Shown piece after piece: positions 20,467 to 30,841 of a DNA stretch of 64,000 bases. Under the pieces are notes generated by a model. It was given only the letters and a program-made list of their open reading frames with translations. It was not told the DNA's origin and did no database searches. Location of the stretch: contig JAQOWU010000003.1 of assembly GCA_030867685.1 (NCBI GenBank), positions 310,001 through 374,000 of the forward strand, in the 5' to 3' direction. The stretch is from Wickerhamiella versatilis. Its lineage: Eukaryota. How positions within the stretch are numbered: the stretch's first letter is position 1; every line of letters starts with the position of its first letter. The position numbers and the translations under genes were made by a program.

Positions 20467-21420
20467 ATGGGTGAAACAAAACTTGCACCGACCACTACGC
20501 TTAATACCGGCGTGAAGATGCCAATGATCGCTCTGGGTACCTGGCAATCAGGGCCTAAGGAGGTCGAGGAGGCCGTGTACTATGCTATAAAAAATGGCTA
20601 TCGGATGTTTGACACGGCAACCGACTACGCAAATGAGGAAGAGGTTGGTAATGGTATTAAAAAGGCCATCAAGGAGGGCCTTGTGAAGCGGGAAGATCTA
20701 TTTATTCAGACAAAACTTGACGTCTTCGACTTCCATCGGGTACCTGATGGATTTAATGAGTCTCTGGAAAAGCTGGGAACGGGCTATATTGACTCCTATC
20801 TCATGCATTGGCCGTTTGGATTGATGCCAGGTGATCGCAGTGACTACGGCCTGCAGCATGCCCCCATTGACGGCAGCATTACTTTTAATGAGGTATGGGC
20901 AGAAATGGAGAAGCTTCCTACTGACAAGTGCCGCTCTATCGGTGTCTCCAACTTTACGATTGCTAACATCAAGAGATTGCTGAAGACTGCGAAAGTAATT
21001 CCCACAATTAACCAGGTCGAGCTTCATGTGAACCTGCCGCAGCAAAAACTCGTTGACTTCCTTCACTCTGGCGACTATGGGGTTAACACTGGTGGAAAGA
21101 AGATCTTGCCTCAGGCCTACTCGCCATTGGCACATGGTACTGCTGGTCTGAATAACCCAATAATTAAGAAGATTGCCGCGAAGCATGGGGCAACCACTGC
21201 CTCTGTTCTTCTCTCATGGAATATCCAGCGTGGTGTGCCTCTCTGTGTAAAGTCGACTACTCCAGATAAGATTTCGTCCAATCTCAATTTGATCAAACTA
21301 GATGCCGAGGATTTTGCTGATATCAAGGAAATTTCGAAGGATCCTAAGAATCTAATTAGGTTCTCGCAGTTCCTCAGCAACCGTATGGATGTGTTTGACA
21401 GTAATGCCGATTCGTTTTAG
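20467..21420 (+). CDS. Aldo-keto reductase (Gcy1/Ypr1-like; candidate aldose/L-arabinose reductase)
   Basis: LGTWQS, catalytic tetrad in FDTATDY / TKL / MHWP, SIGVSNF, NQVELH, AYSPL, VKS. Confidence 0.88.
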   Translation: MGETKLAPTTTLNTGVKMPMIALGTWQSGPKEVEEAVYYAIKNGYRMFDTATDYANEEEVGNGIKKAIKEGLVKREDLFIQTKLDVFDFHRVPDGFNESLEKLGTGYIDSYLMHWPFGLMPGDRSDYGLQHAPIDGSITFNEVWAEMEKLPTDKCRSIGVSNFTIANIKRLLKTAKVIPTINQVELHVNLPQQKLVDFLHSGDYGVNTGGKKILPQAYSPLAHGTAGLNNPIIKKIAAKHGATTASVLLSWNIQRGVPLCVKSTTPDKISSNLNLIKLDAEDFADIKEISKDPKNLIRFSQFLSNRMDVFDSNADSF

Positions 21421-21745
21421 GCTTAAGTAACCATTTTAGTTTAGCTTAGGATACGTTAACGATTTTGACACTACATTCTGTGAACCAGGAAAGGTGATCA
21501 GTTACCGAGAGCAACGCTCTGTCATCGATATGGACAATGCCCGTCAATTGTTATTGTATACTTTAAAATGGCCCTAGCACGTGTCTAGACATAGTAGATC
21601 ATCTTAGGCATACACAGGAGATCATAACGCTATATACCTGTCCACTCATTACTTCATAGTTTGAAACTTCTGCATTAAGGAACGGAGATATGCACTTAGA
21701 GACATGAACTAGTATCGTGTATTGCTAATTCAGGTTCAAAGCTTT

Positions 21746-22801
21746 TTAAGAATTGACGATCATCGTCTTAATAGAATGCTTGCTGGGATCCGCTGCAATC
21801 TTGAAAGCCTCATCGCCCTCCTCAAGCTTGATCTTATAAGACACAAGAGGACTAATGTCAATCAATTTCTCTCTCAGGATTCGAATGCCCTTTGGCCAAG
21901 TGTTAGTGTAACGGAACAACCCCTTGACCGTGACTTCATTGAAGCATTGATAATTGAAGGGAACGTCAATCACGTCCTTACTGGAAACACCAAGGACTTC
22001 GACGGTACCTCGGAAATCAGATGCCAAAATGCCAGCACAGACAGACTGCGCAAATCCCGTGCACTCAAGAACGCGCTTCAACTTGCCACCTGCAGCTTTC
22101 TCCACCTTTTCGGCAACGCTTTCAGGGGATTCCTTGGGGTCAACAAGAACAGTACGGATACCAGGGATCATTTTCTTGGCGAACTCAAGCTTTGGTCCAG
22201 ATATGTCAGTCATAACAAGTGGAACAGCTCCTGCCGCGCGAGCCAACATGGCAGTAAGAGTGCCGATCGGACCTGCGCCAGCAACAAGGGTTGGCTCACC
22301 TAGCCTGAGTCCAGATTGCTCAATTCCCGCGAGACCAACACTCATGGGTTCCAACATGGCACCCTCCTCGTATGTCAAGCCATCGATCTTATAGCACAGC
22401 TTAGCTGGATGGGTCCAGTATTTCCGCAACATACCTTGGTAAGGTGGGGTACTCTTGAAAATTACATGGGGGCAGCCATTGTAGGCACCAGACTTGCATC
22501 TCTCGCACTGACCACAGGTTTCCTCTGGCTCTACAGCTACCCTATCACCAACTTTCAATGAGGTCACATTACTTCCAAGCTTTACGACATCACCAGCAGC
22601 TTCATGACCCAGTGCTAAGGGCTCACGTACCCAATAAGGCCCGCTGTGACCTTCTTTCCAGAAATGGACGTCAGACCCACAAATACCACATGCACGCATT
22701 TTGATCAACACTTCATCAGGACCAGGCTCCTCGGGTGCAGCTGCATCTCCGACATAAATGTCTCTTTTCGGGCTCGTATAAACGCCAATGTTCTTTTCCA
22801 T
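21746..22801 (-). CDS. Second LAD-family Zn polyol dehydrogenase; candidate xylitol/sorbitol dehydrogenase
   Basis: 351 aa from ATG 22801 (MEKNIGVYTSP); GICGSDVHFWKEG, LGHE, CKSGAYNGC, FKSTPP, GAGPIG, GLFRYTNTWPK. Close paralog of 18696..19766. Confidence 0.85.
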   Translation of the reverse strand: MEKNIGVYTSPKRDIYVGDAAAPEEPGPDEVLIKMRACGICGSDVHFWKEGHSGPYWVREPLALGHEAAGDVVKLGSNVTSLKVGDRVAVEPEETCGQCERCKSGAYNGCPHVIFKSTPPYQGMLRKYWTHPAKLCYKIDGLTYEEGAMLEPMSVGLAGIEQSGLRLGEPTLVAGAGPIGTLTAMLARAAGAVPLVMTDISGPKLEFAKKMIPGIRTVLVDPKESPESVAEKVEKAAGGKLKRVLECTGFAQSVCAGILASDFRGTVEVLGVSSKDVIDVPFNYQCFNEVTVKGLFRYTNTWPKGIRILREKLIDISPLVSYKIKLEEGDEAFKIAADPSKHSIKTMIVNS

Positions 22802-23823
22802 GATTGAATGTGTAAATTGTATAATCTGTGGAAGCTTTCTTATAGGGCTAGAGCTCACACCTGATTAATCATCACGATCGCATTGTATCCGGGGTTTGCT
22901 CCCGGACCCCGAAACGCCCCCAACTTCAGAGCGTGACTTGGTTTTTTTTGCACCACGTAATAGCTTCATGTCCATTTTACAGTTAGGAAAACTCAATAGT
23001 GTTTACCTTAGACTAGTAGTTTGGAAATCTTTTCGTGACCTATGATGAGGTAAGTGCGTAGAAATTAATCCAGGTATTGTTTCGGATTATCATGCTGATT
23101 GTTGCGCCAAGTCGGTAGCGATTTTAAAGCTCATTTCATAAAAGTATAACAAATATTAGTCTATTTGTTAGCAGTAGAGCTGTTTTAAAGAAAGTATTCA
23201 CCCCTATTTTTTTAGCTTCACGCCTTATCCCCCGGTGCCGCACGTTACCCGTCCCCACAGGGAACTGTTATTAATTGCATCCGACCAATGCGACGTGACG
23301 TGGCAAAATTGAGAGCATTAGGTTCTTATTATCGTAGTTGATTTACAGTTGCCTTAAATTAATCGGATTAACACCCCTGTAGTGTCCATTTAAGGATCTG
23401 TACACTGTGACGTTCTTGTTCACTCACAGCTGAGAAGCAACAATCACGTATTGCATCATTTTGAAACAGCTATCGATTATAATAAATTTCGAATTGCTTG
23501 AGTAGCTAGTGAACCGCATTTTCCCCGGCCTGTTGACATTCACTTGGTGACTCAGGCTTTACGTACGAACGGCACCAATCTGAACCTGAGAAACTCACAA
23601 GATAACGCCCACTACCGCATGAAATTTTCCCCGGTATATTTGAATCTGAAACATTTTCTTCCCAGCCTTTGTTCAGTCCGCCTGGCCGTGAAAATCTAGA
23701 GTGACCCCACATACAGGTTTAGGTTCTGATCACATCGTATCGCTGATATTAATAATTACAGTCGGAAATCTTTATTTATTTATATATAGCCTCTGAGCAG
23801 AAATATTCATTAATTATAATAAT

Positions 23824-24666
23824 ATGCCTGTAAACTTTGCTGGTGTCAAATATCCTGCAGAAGTTCCTGCTTTTGCCACGGATCCTAATGTTACAACCCC
23901 AAGTTTGTTCAGTTTAAAGGGCAAAGTCTCAAGTATTACGGGTGCCTCACAAGGTATTGGGTATGCTGTTGCAGAGGCCTTTGCCCAAGCAGGCTCTGAC
24001 TTAGCCCTTTGGTATATCGGCAAACAGAATGATCCATCTGAAAAGGCAGAATTCCTGTCGAGTAAGTATGGTGTAAAAGTGAAGTGTTATGATGGTGATG
24101 TGACCAACGTTGAAAATGTTAAGTCGATTATTGAACGACAGGTGGAGGATTTCGGAAAAATTGATGTGTTCGTTGCCAACGCGGGTATTGCATGGACCAG
24201 TGGATCACTTGTGGACAACGATGATGATAGTGCGTGGCAGAAGGTTATGTCTGTAAATGTTGATGGCGTTTACAATTGCGCTAAATATATTGGAAGGCAG
24301 TTTAAGAAGCAGGGAAGTGGATCTCTTATTTTCACTGCTTCGATTTCAGCTCACATTGTCAATCAGCCCCAGAAGCAGGCCTGCTACAATGCCTCCAAAG
24401 CATGTGTACTTCATTTAATGAAGTGTCTGGCAGTTGAGTATGCTCCGTTTGCCCGTGTTAACTCAGTTAGCCCAGGGTACATTTTAACAGATATCATTCA
24501 TTTCGCACCTGAGGATATGCTTAACAACTGGTGGTCACAAGTTCCTCTTGGACGCGGTGGAACTCCCAAAGAACTCACAGGTGCATATCTGTATCTTGCC
24601 TCTGATGCATCGTCATTTACCACGGGCACCGACATTAAGGTCGCCGGTGGTATTTCTCTAGCTTAA
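23824..24666 (+). CDS. SOU1: SDR carbonyl reductase, SOU1/L-xylulose reductase-like
   Basis: LFSLKGKV..ITGASQGIG, FVANAGIAW, SISAHIVNQPQKQACYNASK, ARVNSVSPGYILT, GAYLYLASDAS. Follows Candida Sou1/Sou2 and fungal LXR/mannitol dehydrogenase SDRs. Confidence 0.82.
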   Translation: MPVNFAGVKYPAEVPAFATDPNVTTPSLFSLKGKVSSITGASQGIGYAVAEAFAQAGSDLALWYIGKQNDPSEKAEFLSSKYGVKVKCYDGDVTNVENVKSIIERQVEDFGKIDVFVANAGIAWTSGSLVDNDDDSAWQKVMSVNVDGVYNCAKYIGRQFKKQGSGSLIFTASISAHIVNQPQKQACYNASKACVLHLMKCLAVEYAPFARVNSVSPGYILTDIIHFAPEDMLNNWWSQVPLGRGGTPKELTGAYLYLASDASSFTTGTDIKVAGGISLA

Positions 24667-24870
24667 AATTGAGACAGTGATCAGGTATGACAAGTATAAC
24701 CAACTACTTTCATAATAAATGAAGTGAAATAGGTTTGATTGATGTATCTCATGAGATAAAATCAATATAAAAGGTTCTTGTAGAGGTTATTTCTATGGTG
24801 GAGATGAATATCTTCACATATTAGGAACTATTACGTATCAATTCAATAGCGTAGCTTCACATAATTAGGT

Positions 24871-26865
24871 TTACCAAATCTGGTATTCTTCAAAGTACTC
24901 TATCCGTCTGTTTGGAAAGTGCGATATAGCTCTCGCCACTGAACTCCGAGCTTCATCATTGAAACCTGGAGGACCACAGCACGACACAGCAAGGGATGAT
25001 GTATTGGACGCAAAGTCTTCAATTATCTGATCCAAGTTAGGCCGACCATGATTCGTGTGAACACCAGGTAAATCAAAAGAGTCCGATTCAAGCCCTGTCA
25101 TATACAACTGGACATGGAGCCCTTTGAGACGAATCATTTGTTCTCGGAAAGCTTCCAGTATATCTAAATCCCGAGCAACAATAACAACAAATATTGTTTC
25201 AGTGGGCTTCGTCAGCGATAATTCATATGCCTCAGATAAAGGTCCTGGAAGGCCACTTCCCCCACAAAGGAACAAAGTCTGATCATAATCCAAAAGAGAT
25301 TTTGGGCTTCCATAAGGTCCTTCTACAAAAACTGGAATAGTCATGGTTCCGCCCTGTAGTTTTAGTCTCTGAAGTATCACACCAGTAGCACCTTCCTTGG
25401 CTTTGATAACAAAATAGAGTTCATCACCCATGTCAGTGAAGGTGAATGGATGCGATTGCCAGAACGTTGATGCTGTAAGAAAATACAGGAACACATACTG
25501 CCCAGGAACTGAATTCCACGCACGATATTTTGGCTTTGGTACCTTGACAGTAAAGAGATCAGAACCCGCTTGCTGGAGTACAGCATGGGCAAGCCCGAAT
25601 TTCGAAATGTATATGATTCGAAGAGACCGCTCAATGGCCCAGATTATACATGATGAATAAATAAACCAAAGCCATCCAAACTTTTTGGCGTGTATCCAAC
25701 AGAGATAGAAAAATACCATTGCAAATGCAATATGAAGATATAGAAATACCTCGTAGCATTTTTTCCTTAATGTACCTAAGGAAAGGATACATATCACGCA
25801 AGACAAGTATGTAGCGTATACTCCTCGACGCCAGAAAAGCTCTTGACTTTCTTTGACGATCTTTCCTGTCAATTGGCCGTGGATCTCGAAAGCCACGCTA
25901 TGGACCACTGCATCAAAGACCATAATCCTGCTAATCCACTTATGAAATACCACGACTGTGGAGAATTTAATGCCAGCCAGGAGTTCAAGTATGTTACTAC
26001 GCGTACCAAGGGCCATTAGTAGTGGAAACTGCCAAAACGCTACAATTCCGCTGCGCACACCAAATACCCTCAAGTATTGAAATCCAACTGGGTCTAAAGT
26101 GCCTTTCTCATCAATATCATATCCATAAAAAAGCGCCAATGTGTGCAGCACGGAATAAATAGCAATTAAGAAAATCTCAAACCTAGTTGGGACAAATCCG
26201 CTTAATGTGGAGCGCGCTGTATGTGTCTTGTGGAAAGGTGGTATTTCAATAGATGCTCGTGCAATGTTGACAGGCTTTGCACGGAATAAAAATCGGTTCA
26301 CTGATTTCAGCTGGGAAACAAGCAGCAAGACAAGGCTGATGGCACAAAAGTAATATAATATGGAAGAGGCGCTATTACTTGACGCAAAATTGGCAAAATT
26401 TTTTCTGACCGCACTAACAATGTTTTGGCGAGTCTCTGTGTTGAGTTCCACGGGGTACGAGATGGATTGGGTGAGATTCAGTTTTGAGATGTCGACTATA
26501 TAGTTGGTCGCATTCTCAAGCGAGCTATTGAAATCTTTTTGGGATAGCTGTGCCAACCCTCCCCCGGCCATCGCACAACACATATTGATAGTGTTCAAAG
26601 TCTTTGCTAGCATCTTACCATACTCCCGCTCATCGTAATTTTCCACCAATATTTCGTGGATGCAGGTAGTCCATGAGCCTAATGCCGGTTCGTAGTTACA
26701 GATGTCAGCATATGATCCCCGAACGTCCGGCTCAAAACGCCAAGGAAGAGAATTTAACTGTATTCCACAACCCAGCGGAGCCGCCCATTCCCAGCTAGCC
26801 CACGGCTTAGCCTCACTGATGCCCAACAGCTGGGCTATAATGAGGGTAAAGCAAAGAACGAACAT
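24871..26865 (-). CDS. Ferric/cupric reductase (FRE family)
   Basis: Signal peptide, Cys-containing N-domain, heme His (FHKWISR, VHS, LHI, WIH), QSHPFT, VEGPYG, GGSGLPG, CCGPPGF, EEYQIW end. Confidence 0.92.
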   Translation of the reverse strand: MFVLCFTLIIAQLLGISEAKPWASWEWAAPLGCGIQLNSLPWRFEPDVRGSYADICNYEPALGSWTTCIHEILVENYDEREYGKMLAKTLNTINMCCAMAGGGLAQLSQKDFNSSLENATNYIVDISKLNLTQSISYPVELNTETRQNIVSAVRKNFANFASSNSASSILYYFCAISLVLLLVSQLKSVNRFLFRAKPVNIARASIEIPPFHKTHTARSTLSGFVPTRFEIFLIAIYSVLHTLALFYGYDIDEKGTLDPVGFQYLRVFGVRSGIVAFWQFPLLMALGTRSNILELLAGIKFSTVVVFHKWISRIMVFDAVVHSVAFEIHGQLTGKIVKESQELFWRRGVYATYLSCVICILSLGTLRKKCYEVFLYLHIAFAMVFFYLCWIHAKKFGWLWFIYSSCIIWAIERSLRIIYISKFGLAHAVLQQAGSDLFTVKVPKPKYRAWNSVPGQYVFLYFLTASTFWQSHPFTFTDMGDELYFVIKAKEGATGVILQRLKLQGGTMTIPVFVEGPYGSPKSLLDYDQTLFLCGGSGLPGPLSEAYELSLTKPTETIFVVIVARDLDILEAFREQMIRLKGLHVQLYMTGLESDSFDLPGVHTNHGRPNLDQIIEDFASNTSSLAVSCCGPPGFNDEARSSVARAISHFPNRRIEYFEEYQIW

Positions 26866-27465
26866 GCGCGTCAGGGAGCAGAAAAAATTAGTAATACGTA
26901 GTATCTATCCAATCATGTCTAATAGGATATGCAAAACTAACACAAAGCAGTGACGCTATGAGCGGATAAATTTAAATATGACATACAGCTATGGTGTATA
27001 TGGTAATAGTAATTTGTTACAAGATGCAGAAGCGGGAAAAGGGGTGAAAGATACTTTATGACATAATGTAACTCTTTATGTAAAGCCTCTTTTTTACGAT
27101 TATGTAGGCCAAGCAATACAAAACTGCCAACAAAGTCATTGGATTGTCAACCCGTGTTCCGTGAATGCCATGATTACTTTGGCTAGCTAAACGTGTACAG
27201 AGTAACAATTACTGCGAAATTCATGCATTCGACACACATGGACTGCTAGATAGTTGAAGATTATTATTCACTACTACATTTTCGTGCGAGATATATTTAC
27301 TTACATAAGAAGTACATATACTCAGATTAAAGCGATATCGCAATCAAATCAAACACATCGCTCGATTTTTTTATTTTTTCCCCTTGTACTAGAACTGAAT
27401 CAGGCCAAATATAGGATATGAATGTTTACTTATATCATGAATAACTTCACTCAAAATTCTAGCTT

Positions 27466-29325
27466 TTAGCATCCAAATTTTTCGCAGGCAGACACATTGC
27501 GGTGACCCTGTAGGTTCTGTCCTGCAAGATTAAAGAAATCAGCGGTATTTCCTGCGGCATTTCCCTCATATGGTACGCCGCTTAAGGAACATGAGTCAAA
27601 TGCATTCTGAGGTACAAGCTGATTAGAGTTTCTGATCTGCTTCGGTGCCTCCACAAATTGCGAAGCCATACCTGCCGACAGATGCCAGCTTAGGTGGCAG
27701 TGGAAGACCCAGACACCAGGATTATCTGCCCGGAAGCGAATAACCATATAAGAATAAGGATTGACATATGCCACGTCTCGCCGCACAGGATATTGCGGGA
27801 ATGTATGATTTGCTTTGGTAGAGTTGAAGAACACAGGAGTTCCCGAGAACAAGGTGCTTGGATTTGTGAAATCTGGGCCACGGGCCACGACTTGAAAATT
27901 ATGACCGTGGAGATGCAAGCCGTGAATCTGGGGCCCTACGTTATTGATCACAACCTGAACAACCTCATTATGCTTCAGGACTGTGGTTTGCGTATTATTA
28001 CCATAGATGGTCGCATTCTCTGCCGTCTCGTCATCAGGTGCGCTCAGAACAGTATAGAGAGCCGGTACCTTCGGAGCAGTATAGGCGATATTGTTGAAGC
28101 CGGTGTAGGTGACATTGTCAGGCATAAGTCTGAAGAAATTAATGTCATAAACAACTTCCCGGTCCGGTTTAGGCAAGAGTTTCTGGTGATCATACGGAAC
28201 CAGTTCCATGTCATCAAAATAATCAATGTTGGTAGAAATATATTTTTCCAGGGAGTACTTCGTGCGATTTATGGGGGCAGTCTGGTATATCGAAGTGTTG
28301 TTCAAGTACTCAAAATCGCTCTCAGATACATTTCCCGTGTACAGGAATGCGGTCATGTTCTGCTGAGGGAAGGTATTCGGGGTGAAAGCTGTACGATATA
28401 CCTCAGCCATTTGATATACTGCTGGTGTTTTTTCTGGGATTTTCACTAAAAGCGAATAGCGCTGGCCAGGAACCATCATAATGGAGTTTGTTTCGGCCGG
28501 TTCTGTGTATACACCATCAACTTCAACAATCGTGAAGTTGAGGCCGGGGATGTAAAAAATGAAGTTTGCCAGAGCCGAAACACTTGCAATACGGAGTCTA
28601 TATGTCTTCCCGGGCTGTACCTGCCACTTGGGTGATAGGGTATCATTAAACAATATCGCATTTGGCATGGGTGATGCTTCCTGTAAATTCTGAGGCACCA
28701 ACACCTGAGTATCTGTCAAGTTCTCAGCAAGATCATCATACCAATCACTAAAGGTGAACGAAAGCTCATCATCCACATCATGTGCAAAGTAAGCATCGTC
28801 ATTATCAACTAAAAACAATTGGCGGTATCCATCTGGATAAAAGTTTTCCACATGCGTATGATACCAGTAGGTCCCAGGCTGATTGACGACGAAGTCATAG
28901 AAGAACGTGACACCAGGCGCAGTTGGACACTGAGTAAAATATGGACTTCCATCCATTTGGTTTGTGCCATTATTAAATATACCATGGAAATGGATCGTGG
29001 AATTGTGATGAGGGTTTGTGAGGTTATTATAAACTCTAAGAACAACTCGATCACCTTTGTTCACACGAATGACAGGCATAGGCCATTCGTCATTTATAGC
29101 CGGAACGACGCGCGGCCGCAATCCATCTGGTTTTAGCGTCTTCCATGATACCGTCCAATCAAAAAAATGGGTGATAGGCCGAAGGCTTGCTGATGTTGAA
29201 GAGTTTTTCGAGCTTGAAGCATTCTGAAGACTATTTGCTGGGGCAAAATCTCTTGGTGCAGCAGCTCCCTCTGCAAGAGCAAGAAATGCCGCTACCAGTG
29301 TAACCAAAAACTGAATGGGCGTCAT
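27466..29325 (-). CDS. Secreted multicopper oxidase, Fet3-related, without C-terminal TM anchor
   Basis: 619 aa from ATG 29325 with signal peptide; Cu motifs IHFHG, YWYHTH, HGLHLHGH, HCHLSWHLSAGM; Fet3-like GNAAGN near the end. Confidence 0.9.
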   Translation of the reverse strand: MTPIQFLVTLVAAFLALAEGAAAPRDFAPANSLQNASSSKNSSTSASLRPITHFFDWTVSWKTLKPDGLRPRVVPAINDEWPMPVIRVNKGDRVVLRVYNNLTNPHHNSTIHFHGIFNNGTNQMDGSPYFTQCPTAPGVTFFYDFVVNQPGTYWYHTHVENFYPDGYRQLFLVDNDDAYFAHDVDDELSFTFSDWYDDLAENLTDTQVLVPQNLQEASPMPNAILFNDTLSPKWQVQPGKTYRLRIASVSALANFIFYIPGLNFTIVEVDGVYTEPAETNSIMMVPGQRYSLLVKIPEKTPAVYQMAEVYRTAFTPNTFPQQNMTAFLYTGNVSESDFEYLNNTSIYQTAPINRTKYSLEKYISTNIDYFDDMELVPYDHQKLLPKPDREVVYDINFFRLMPDNVTYTGFNNIAYTAPKVPALYTVLSAPDDETAENATIYGNNTQTTVLKHNEVVQVVINNVGPQIHGLHLHGHNFQVVARGPDFTNPSTLFSGTPVFFNSTKANHTFPQYPVRRDVAYVNPYSYMVIRFRADNPGVWVFHCHLSWHLSAGMASQFVEAPKQIRNSNQLVPQNAFDSCSLSGVPYEGNAAGNTADFFNLAGQNLQGHRNVSACEKFGC

Positions 29326-29667
29326 CAGAATGGTAAGTGGTAGGATTGAGAGGTCGTCCTCGTTTACCAATCGGGAAAATCTGTTCTTACATATATGTCT
29401 TGGACGTTACAGTAATCATTAGAAATATCTCTTTTGAAACCTGCATGTTGAGATCGATTGATGAAAAAGATTAGAGGTTCGAAAAAAAAAGTATGAAAAC
29501 ATTAATTTTTGATATATGTTCTCTATTTGCTCTGTGTGAGCTCCATATAAGCATCTCGGGAAATCTTGTATATACGAAATGACTCTTCTCGTCTTGCTCA
29601 CCCGAAGTAGGTATAGGGCATAGGGTAAATACCGGACGATCGAGATCCGGAATCGGAGAAAAAATAT

Positions 29668-29696
29668 GATAGAAATGATAAAATCGATAAAGATAA
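29668..29696 (+). promoter_or_regulatory. Cluster of four GATA(A/G) elements upstream of the multicopper oxidase
   Basis: GATAG 29668, GATAA 29677, 29686 and 29692. Confidence 0.35.
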
Positions 29697-30841
29697 ACAG
29701 GCTGCTAAAATACTTATGATTTGAAGGAGTTAGTGGGAAAACATGAAGTAGAAAAAAGGTCCCAAAGATGACAATATACTAACGTCCTCTGCTGTTGCGT
29801 ACGACCCCCGGTCATCTAATAATTAGAGAGAAAGACCTCTAAAAGATGTGAATCTGATTAATCATATGGTACAAAGAAATCTAGTCTTCAAATAATAAGT
29901 ATTAGTTACACTTTCAAATTGGCTCATATTCAAAGCAATGGAATCTCTATTCCAACTGGTATATAAGTATTACCGTGAACTTACGATGCGACGCACCATG
30001 TAGTCTAATCTAAAATATCTGGTTTTCTTATTGGTAGACTTTTTTCACCTGTAATCGACTAAACAATGACGTTCGGCAGGCCGCCGGGCCATGTGCTAAC
30101 TGGTGTCTTAGTCAGTACACAGGGCTAGGGGCGTACAATGCAAGATTACAATTATCTTTTTCAACAACGTTAGCTGCTGCTGCACCACACTATGATAGCA
30201 CTTGATGAATCGAATTACAAGACTGAGCACAGAACTACTTAGGTAAATAAGATATTCTTAAATCTTCATGGAGTTTTAAACGCCACTGATCTCGACTGCG
30301 AAGGCTTGTGCTATATCAGCTTTGACATACCATAACTAAGCATACTATGACTCATTTAATGCGGGATGGTGTGTCAGCATACCGCTAGCGTCTCTCACCT
30401 CGATGCAGTCGTCTCAGACAGCAGGAAATGTGCCATCATAGCGATCATTAGGATTTTTTGAAGCTAAAAAGTAGATGGCTTATCCCAGTCATTACATCGG
30501 CTCACTTCTGCATCAAGGACTCCACTTAAATTATTGCCACATAGGGCACGCCGTAGATAGGTGTGGCTTTGCAAATTGAAGCATTAATCATGTAATTATA
30601 ATTTGATTCATAAGGGTATTTCTTCTTGTTGATGTTACTCCAGTCACTGTTATTCCAGTCACTGTTTATCAACAAATGTTAGTAGTCGTAAGTTGCCATT
30701 AATTTAGCATAAATAGGTATGTATGTGAAAGTTAAAAATAAGAATTAATATGAGTAATCATCTAGCATATTCTGATTACAAATCTACTGAGATACCTACG
30801 TGTGGGAATTCCAGCTAGCGTGGGGGGCTGGCATATCAGAT

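Noticed and set aside
22802-22858. GTG/TTG-initiated N-terminal extensions in the ORF track (also 8265, 12970, 29370, 30800, 38945, 51277, 55530, 62996)
   Set aside because: Eukaryotic locus; family homology and TATA positions fit the first ATG instead.
27694-28449. Long antisense/overlapping ORFs (e.g. 27694..28449, 21722..22303, 58152..58745, 20698..21186)
   Set aside because: They lie opposite well-supported genes, have no motifs, and are expected shadows of codon bias.
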